NCBI GenBank assembly: GCA_964493695.1
Contig: CAZBPG010000003.1
Location: 124-64,123 of the forward strand
DNA length: 64,000 nt
Origin: an uncultured Chitinophaga sp.
Lineage (GTDB): Bacteria; Bacteroidota; Bacteroidia; Chitinophagales; LD1
Direction of reading: 5' to 3'
Part shown: positions 60,200 to 64,000 of the stretch, piece by piece
How positions within the stretch are numbered: position 1 is the first letter of the stretch
Layout of the letters: each line of letters begins with the position of its first letter
Notes under the pieces: model-generated
What the model was told of the DNA's origin: nothing
Database searches by the model: none
What the model saw: the letters and a program-made list of their open reading frames with translations, nothing else
Position numbers and translations under genes: made by a program

Positions 60200-60665
60200 T
60201 AATTTTGCTACGGGCGTTACCCTCGCAAAGCCTCGGGTCGGGTTATTCGTTTCAAGTCCCGCATTTTTTTTCATGTCATGCTGAGCGTAGTCGAAGCACA
60301 TAAAAAAAATGCGGGAGCTTTCCACTTCTACCCCTAACGCAAACAGCCAAATACAAGATGCCTCGTTCCTCGGCATGACAAAACTCGCACACTTTGTCAT
60401 TCCGAACGAAGGCTTTGCGGAGTGAGGAATCTTGTATTTGTATTCTGTATTTAAATTCCCCTCCTTGTTTTTAAGGAGGGGCTGGGTTACTATTGCGTAG
60501 TGGGGTGGTAGTAAAGCAACCTTCCGCTTTGCATTTCTGTATTAGCACCCCAGCGGGGTGCCAGCTTTGTAGCCCCCTATTTCAATCGGGGGTAAATAAA
60601 CACCACAAAAAAAACGACCCTCCTCGCCTGCCGTAGTCTCTCACGAAGGCAGGGAGGGGTCGAAC
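60200..60665. repeat. Mosaic of several REP-like families
   Basis: Contains copies of the mtaB-internal element and of the 44050-44140 elements, plus CCCCTCCTT..AAGGAGGGG, GCACCCC..GGGGTGC and CGACCCTCC..GGAGGGGTCG hairpins. Confidence 0.8.
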
Positions 60666-60695
60666 CATAAAGTAAAGTTAAGGCAATGAAAAAAC

Positions 60696-60920
60696 CTAAG
60701 CCGCCTTACTATTCTCTAATTCTATCGAGGCAATTTCTTCGGGCTTTATAACTTCCCCTTCGTGCAGTTGAAGCAAACTGCAATTAAATACTAAGTGATT
60801 GTATAAAACATTTCCGTTCTTTAATACAATCCTCACCCGCTGATACCCCATACCGTTCTCCGGCAACTGCACCAGTCGTTGAACAAAAACTTCGGGCAAC
60901 TCTATTTTGTAACTACTCAT
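60696..60920 (-). CDS. Small hypothetical protein in the defence cluster
   Basis: 74-aa ORF (LPENGMGYQRVRIVLKNG...IASIELE) lying 15 nt downstream of the Abi gene. Confidence 0.65.
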   Translation of the reverse strand: MSSYKIELPEVFVQRLVQLPENGMGYQRVRIVLKNGNVLYNHLVFNCSLLQLHEGEVIKPEEIASIELENSKAA

Positions 60921-60935
60921 GGCTTACTCAGCATT

Positions 60936-61841
60936 CTATTTCCATAGTTCCTCAACATTCCAGTTAGGCTTCAAACCAAGTGCTTTGGGGTCAATGTTCG
61001 GATATCTGCTCAACAGGTCTTTTAGTTTTTGAGTAAAATGGTTCTCTTGATGTACGTAATTAAGCAAATACTTCATGCAACATAAATGAACATACAGCAT
61101 ATGGTGTTCGTTCGCTGCCGGAACATCTTTTATCCACGCTCCCGGTGGCTTAGGCATCAATTTCGGTCTTCCGGGCAGGTTCTTATTCCAAAGCCTGCCA
61201 TGATGCGCACAAATATTTCTTATTTGAGTTATGCTCTACAACCAACTGGGCAAAAAAGTATGATTAACCGTTCCCAATTCAGCGGCTATAGCATCCTTCG
61301 ATTTTACGGTAGGTAGCAGGTTGCCGTATAACTTTGAAACATTCCCCAAACTGGCAATCTCCAGCGTTTTCCAGGCTGGTGGTCTTCGGTTATCCGTATG
61401 ATACTTTTTATAGTGTTCCTTTATAAATACCTCCTTGGTCTGCTTTAGCTCACGGTCAATTGCCAGCAGCGTTTCTGTATGCTCTACTGCATTTTTAAAA
61501 TAAGTCGAGTCTTCAAACCACCACGGATTTAACTCATGCGATAAATGATAAACAATCTTTGTCCTGAAACCAATCTCTATTCGCTCAATTACATCAAACA
61601 GCAAAATGCGCAGCTCACGGTCAAAATTGTAAATAGCCACTACGTTTTCAAACGTGCTGTTGGGTTTAAAAGTATGTTGTGTTTTATCTGCCTGCATCGG
61701 CCACCAGTAACCGGCTAACCGGTAGTAACTGATATTACTCAATAACAATGCGGCTTCTGCCTCATCGGCAATGAGCAGTCCTCTGCTTTTTAGTTTAGCA
61801 ATCTGCTGCTGTATGTCGGTGCTGGGCTTGGTGTATTTCAC
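60936..61841 (-). pseudogene. Abi family (AbiD/AbiF, Abi_2) HEPN protein interrupted by an in-frame TAG at 61236..61238
   Basis: GTG start; LKSRGL, ISYYRLAGYW, Y.FDRELR, IERIEI and WKTLEI motifs. After the stop, the same frame continues SITQIRNICAHHGRLWNKNL to 60936 (906 nt in total). Confidence 0.88.
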
Positions 61842-61900
61842 AACCTAAATATAATAACCAACTGCTTTTTCCCGTAACGGTAACCCAATAAAAGCAAAAG

Positions 61901-61941
61901 ACACGCCCTGGGACGCTGTTCTTATGGGTAGCGTGGCGTGT
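61901..61941 (-). ncRNA. Candidate abiF-type RNA hairpin upstream of the Abi gene
   Basis: Minus strand reads ACACGCC-ACGCT-N12-AGCGT-CCCAG-GGCGTGT: two stacked stems with a 3' bulge, 60 nt upstream of the start codon. Confidence 0.6.
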
Positions 61942-61984
61942 ACTGTTGCTGCAATTATACGAACTTTTTTCATTTATGATACAT

Positions 61985-62704
61985 TCATCCAATCCCTTCA
62001 ACTATAAAACTCCCTTTCTCCAAAATTCGCAACAAATCTTCTTGCGTTCCGGGTTGTAACTTCTCTCTTTCTTTTGGGTTCATAATAACCTTATCCAACT
62101 TATCATAAACGCCTTTGTATTCCGCCATCTTTCCTACAAAGCTTTTCAGTGTTGCTGGTTTGCCGAAATAATAACTGCCTCCACCAATTTCTATTGGATC
62201 AATTACTTCCTTAACTACACGTCCGCTTAGTTTTAAAAAATACTCAACGTCCTCATTATCTATTCGCAAATCAGTTCGGTCTCTGTCTAAATGAGCAACA
62301 TACTTATCCCTGATGTCATTTAGTTTCTTGTAATGCCTTTGAAATTTCTCGCTTTTAAACTCTTCCAACAATTCCGTTACACTCTGCTTGTTCACTTTGT
62401 CTTTAAAAGGTGGCTTGTTGCATTTGATGTTCAACACATTTAGTACTGCTTCTATTCTGTACTTGTCATTCCCGCGTTTGCTGAATAATTTACTTAACTC
62501 AAGTATCAGATAATTCCACATCAATTCATGGATGAAACGCCACTGATAAAACTCGAGTAATTCACTTTCCGGCTCACCCGTAACACCATTTCCTTGCAGA
62601 TATTTAATATCATTAAACGTATCGCTACAGGCATACAAAATACCACGTTGCACTTCAAGTTTGTGTTTCAAATCTTCCATCTCCTGCTTTTTCATTTTCT
62701 GCAT
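61985..62704 (-). CDS. HEPN-domain protein, AbiU2-like
   Basis: LILELSKLF and LNDIRDKYVAHLD (R-x4/5-H motif). Confidence 0.7.
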   Translation of the reverse strand: MQKMKKQEMEDLKHKLEVQRGILYACSDTFNDIKYLQGNGVTGEPESELLEFYQWRFIHELMWNYLILELSKLFSKRGNDKYRIEAVLNVLNIKCNKPPFKDKVNKQSVTELLEEFKSEKFQRHYKKLNDIRDKYVAHLDRDRTDLRIDNEDVEYFLKLSGRVVKEVIDPIEIGGGSYYFGKPATLKSFVGKMAEYKGVYDKLDKVIMNPKEREKLQPGTQEDLLRILEKGSFIVEGIG

Positions 62705-62711
62705 TCGGCTG

Positions 62712-64000
62712 TTAAGCCCCCTTTAGGGGGTTGGGGGTGTTCCCCTCCACTATTTTCACCTCCTCCTCCGTCAACCCATACAACACATACACCATCCTAT
62801 CTATCTCCTTATCCGTTTTCTCTATTTCATTCTTCAACTCCATTGCCTTCTTCTTTTGCTCTGCAAAAAACGGCATCCATTCCGCAGTCTCGCGTAGCGA
62901 CAAGGCAGCACGCTGCCTTGTTGCCTTTTCCAGCTCCTTCACAAACTCCTTAAACTCCAACTCATACCACCCTTGCAGTTTTTTAGGCAAGGGAGCATGC
63001 TCCCTTGTTGCACTAAAAGCCACCTTGCTTTGCAGCACCGCGAGGAATTGTGATTGGATTACTTGTAATTTCGGTGTGGCATTTACTATAGTATTAACCG
63101 CTTCAATAAATGCTGTTTGGACACCTGCATTTGCTATTTTAATAGGTAAGTTTCGAATTGCTTCCGGGTAAACATGGAGGTTACTGCTTAATATTAGTTT
63201 GAAATAAAAATTAAGAAGTCTTGAATTGATTAAGGCGAGTATATATTTCACAGAGGTTTCTTCCGAAAGCTTTACCTGTTCAAAAGTGCCCTCAACTCCT
63301 CTCTGTTTAACGTCTTTTAGTTTCCACCAAGGTATTACAACACTCATAGTGTCGTTCACGTAATATTCTTCATAATCATACGCTGCCATAAGCCCCTCAG
63401 TTGTTGAGATATTTCGCACCAACAGTTTTTCGTTTTCAAATAACTCTGGAAACTTAGGTCTGTGCATCTCATCAGGTTGATAGTCTAAATATTTATTGTC
63501 CCACTCAATCAAATATCTGTTAACATTTTTTCCTTCGATATATTTATGACAGCGTTCGTTCTCCTTTTCATTCTTAATAAGTCTATCCTTCGAAGCTCCG
63601 GTTTCAGAATTGTGAGGAACTGCTCCAATCACGACATAACAGAAATCATTTACTTTTTTTGATTGCTCAGTTATCTTCTTTATGAGTTTGACTAACGCTT
63701 CATTCAAATCTGTTCGAAAGGTTGTGTTTGGCAAATCCCGATAAATATCTTTGCTAATTAAGTATCGAGTAGTCGATAGAAATTGAACTTCGTTCAAGGG
63801 TTTGTATATAAGCACATTCTTACTTGGCAACGCTTTTCTAACTGTAATTATTCCTGTCTCAACTGCAACACCTTTGAAAACATCTATGTTTGATAAATCT
63901 ATCAATTCTAAAATGTCCAATTCATTCAAAAGCCACTCTCTTTGCTTTACAGAGTAGTTTTGATTATAAAAAGATGATGGGAAAATGTAAGAGAGGAATC
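62712..64000 (-). CDS. Type IIG/Eco57I-like adenine methyltransferase, C-terminal part with a TaqI-like specificity domain (5' end outside window)
   Basis: The frame is open to the window edge (FLSYIFPSSF...IDLSNIDVF). Motifs: KYIEGKNVNRY, KLLVRNIS, YILALINS and EIDRMVYVLYGLTEEE. Confidence 0.85.
   Translation of the reverse strand, partial: FLSYIFPSSFYNQNYSVKQREWLLNELDILELIDLSNIDVFKGVAVETGIITVRKALPSKNVLIYKPLNEVQFLSTTRYLISKDIYRDLPNTTFRTDLNEALVKLIKKITEQSKKVNDFCYVVIGAVPHNSETGASKDRLIKNEKENERCHKYIEGKNVNRYLIEWDNKYLDYQPDEMHRPKFPELFENEKLLVRNISTTEGLMAAYDYEEYYVNDTMSVVIPWWKLKDVKQRGVEGTFEQVKLSEETSVKYILALINSRLLNFYFKLILSSNLHVYPEAIRNLPIKIANAGVQTAFIEAVNTIVNATPKLQVIQSQFLAVLQSKVAFSATREHAPLPKKLQGWYELEFKEFVKELEKATRQRAALSLRETAEWMPFFAEQKKKAMELKNEIEKTDKEIDRMVYVLYGLTEEEVKIVEGNTPNPLKGA

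Noticed and set aside
61236-61238. Genome-wide TAG reassignment
   Set aside because: TAG ends genes at their expected C-termini elsewhere (1182, 11563, 35303, 43258), and no suppressor tRNA is in the window.

Overview
AT-rich chromosomal segment from a Bacteroidota genome, probably Chitinophagales-like. The assignment is inference from T9SS cargo proteins, TAnnTTTG promoters, a long Lgt and DUF2723. The backbone is housekeeping: gmhA-hddC-gmhB, lgt, mtaB, metK, atpD/atpC, sucA, rpsT, the Thr-Tyr-Gly-Thr-tuf cluster, hpf, a fused 2-oxoacid dehydrogenase E1, prs-rplY-pth, tRNA-Gln, rlmB, ruvB, rmuC and aroE. It also carries two large T9SS type-B adhesins and three two-gene TA modules. The right edge (about 60.7-64 kb) is a defence cluster: a truncated type IIG-like methyltransferase, a HEPN protein, and an AbiF-like HEPN toxin with an upstream RNA hairpin and an internal amber stop. 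The main unexplained structure is (i) two homologous 41-bp-period arrays at 22.9 kb and 45.5 kb, the second with inverted units and an orphan gene downstream; (ii) a 21-bp alternating array; (iii) many short palindromic REP-like families, several of them read in frame inside mtaB, sucA, a membrane protein and the methyltransferase; and (iv) a secreted phage-tail-needle-like protein with eight HxH motifs and no prophage around it. No CRISPR array, rRNA, integrase or transposase was seen. All family calls come from motif recognition by eye; no searches were run.
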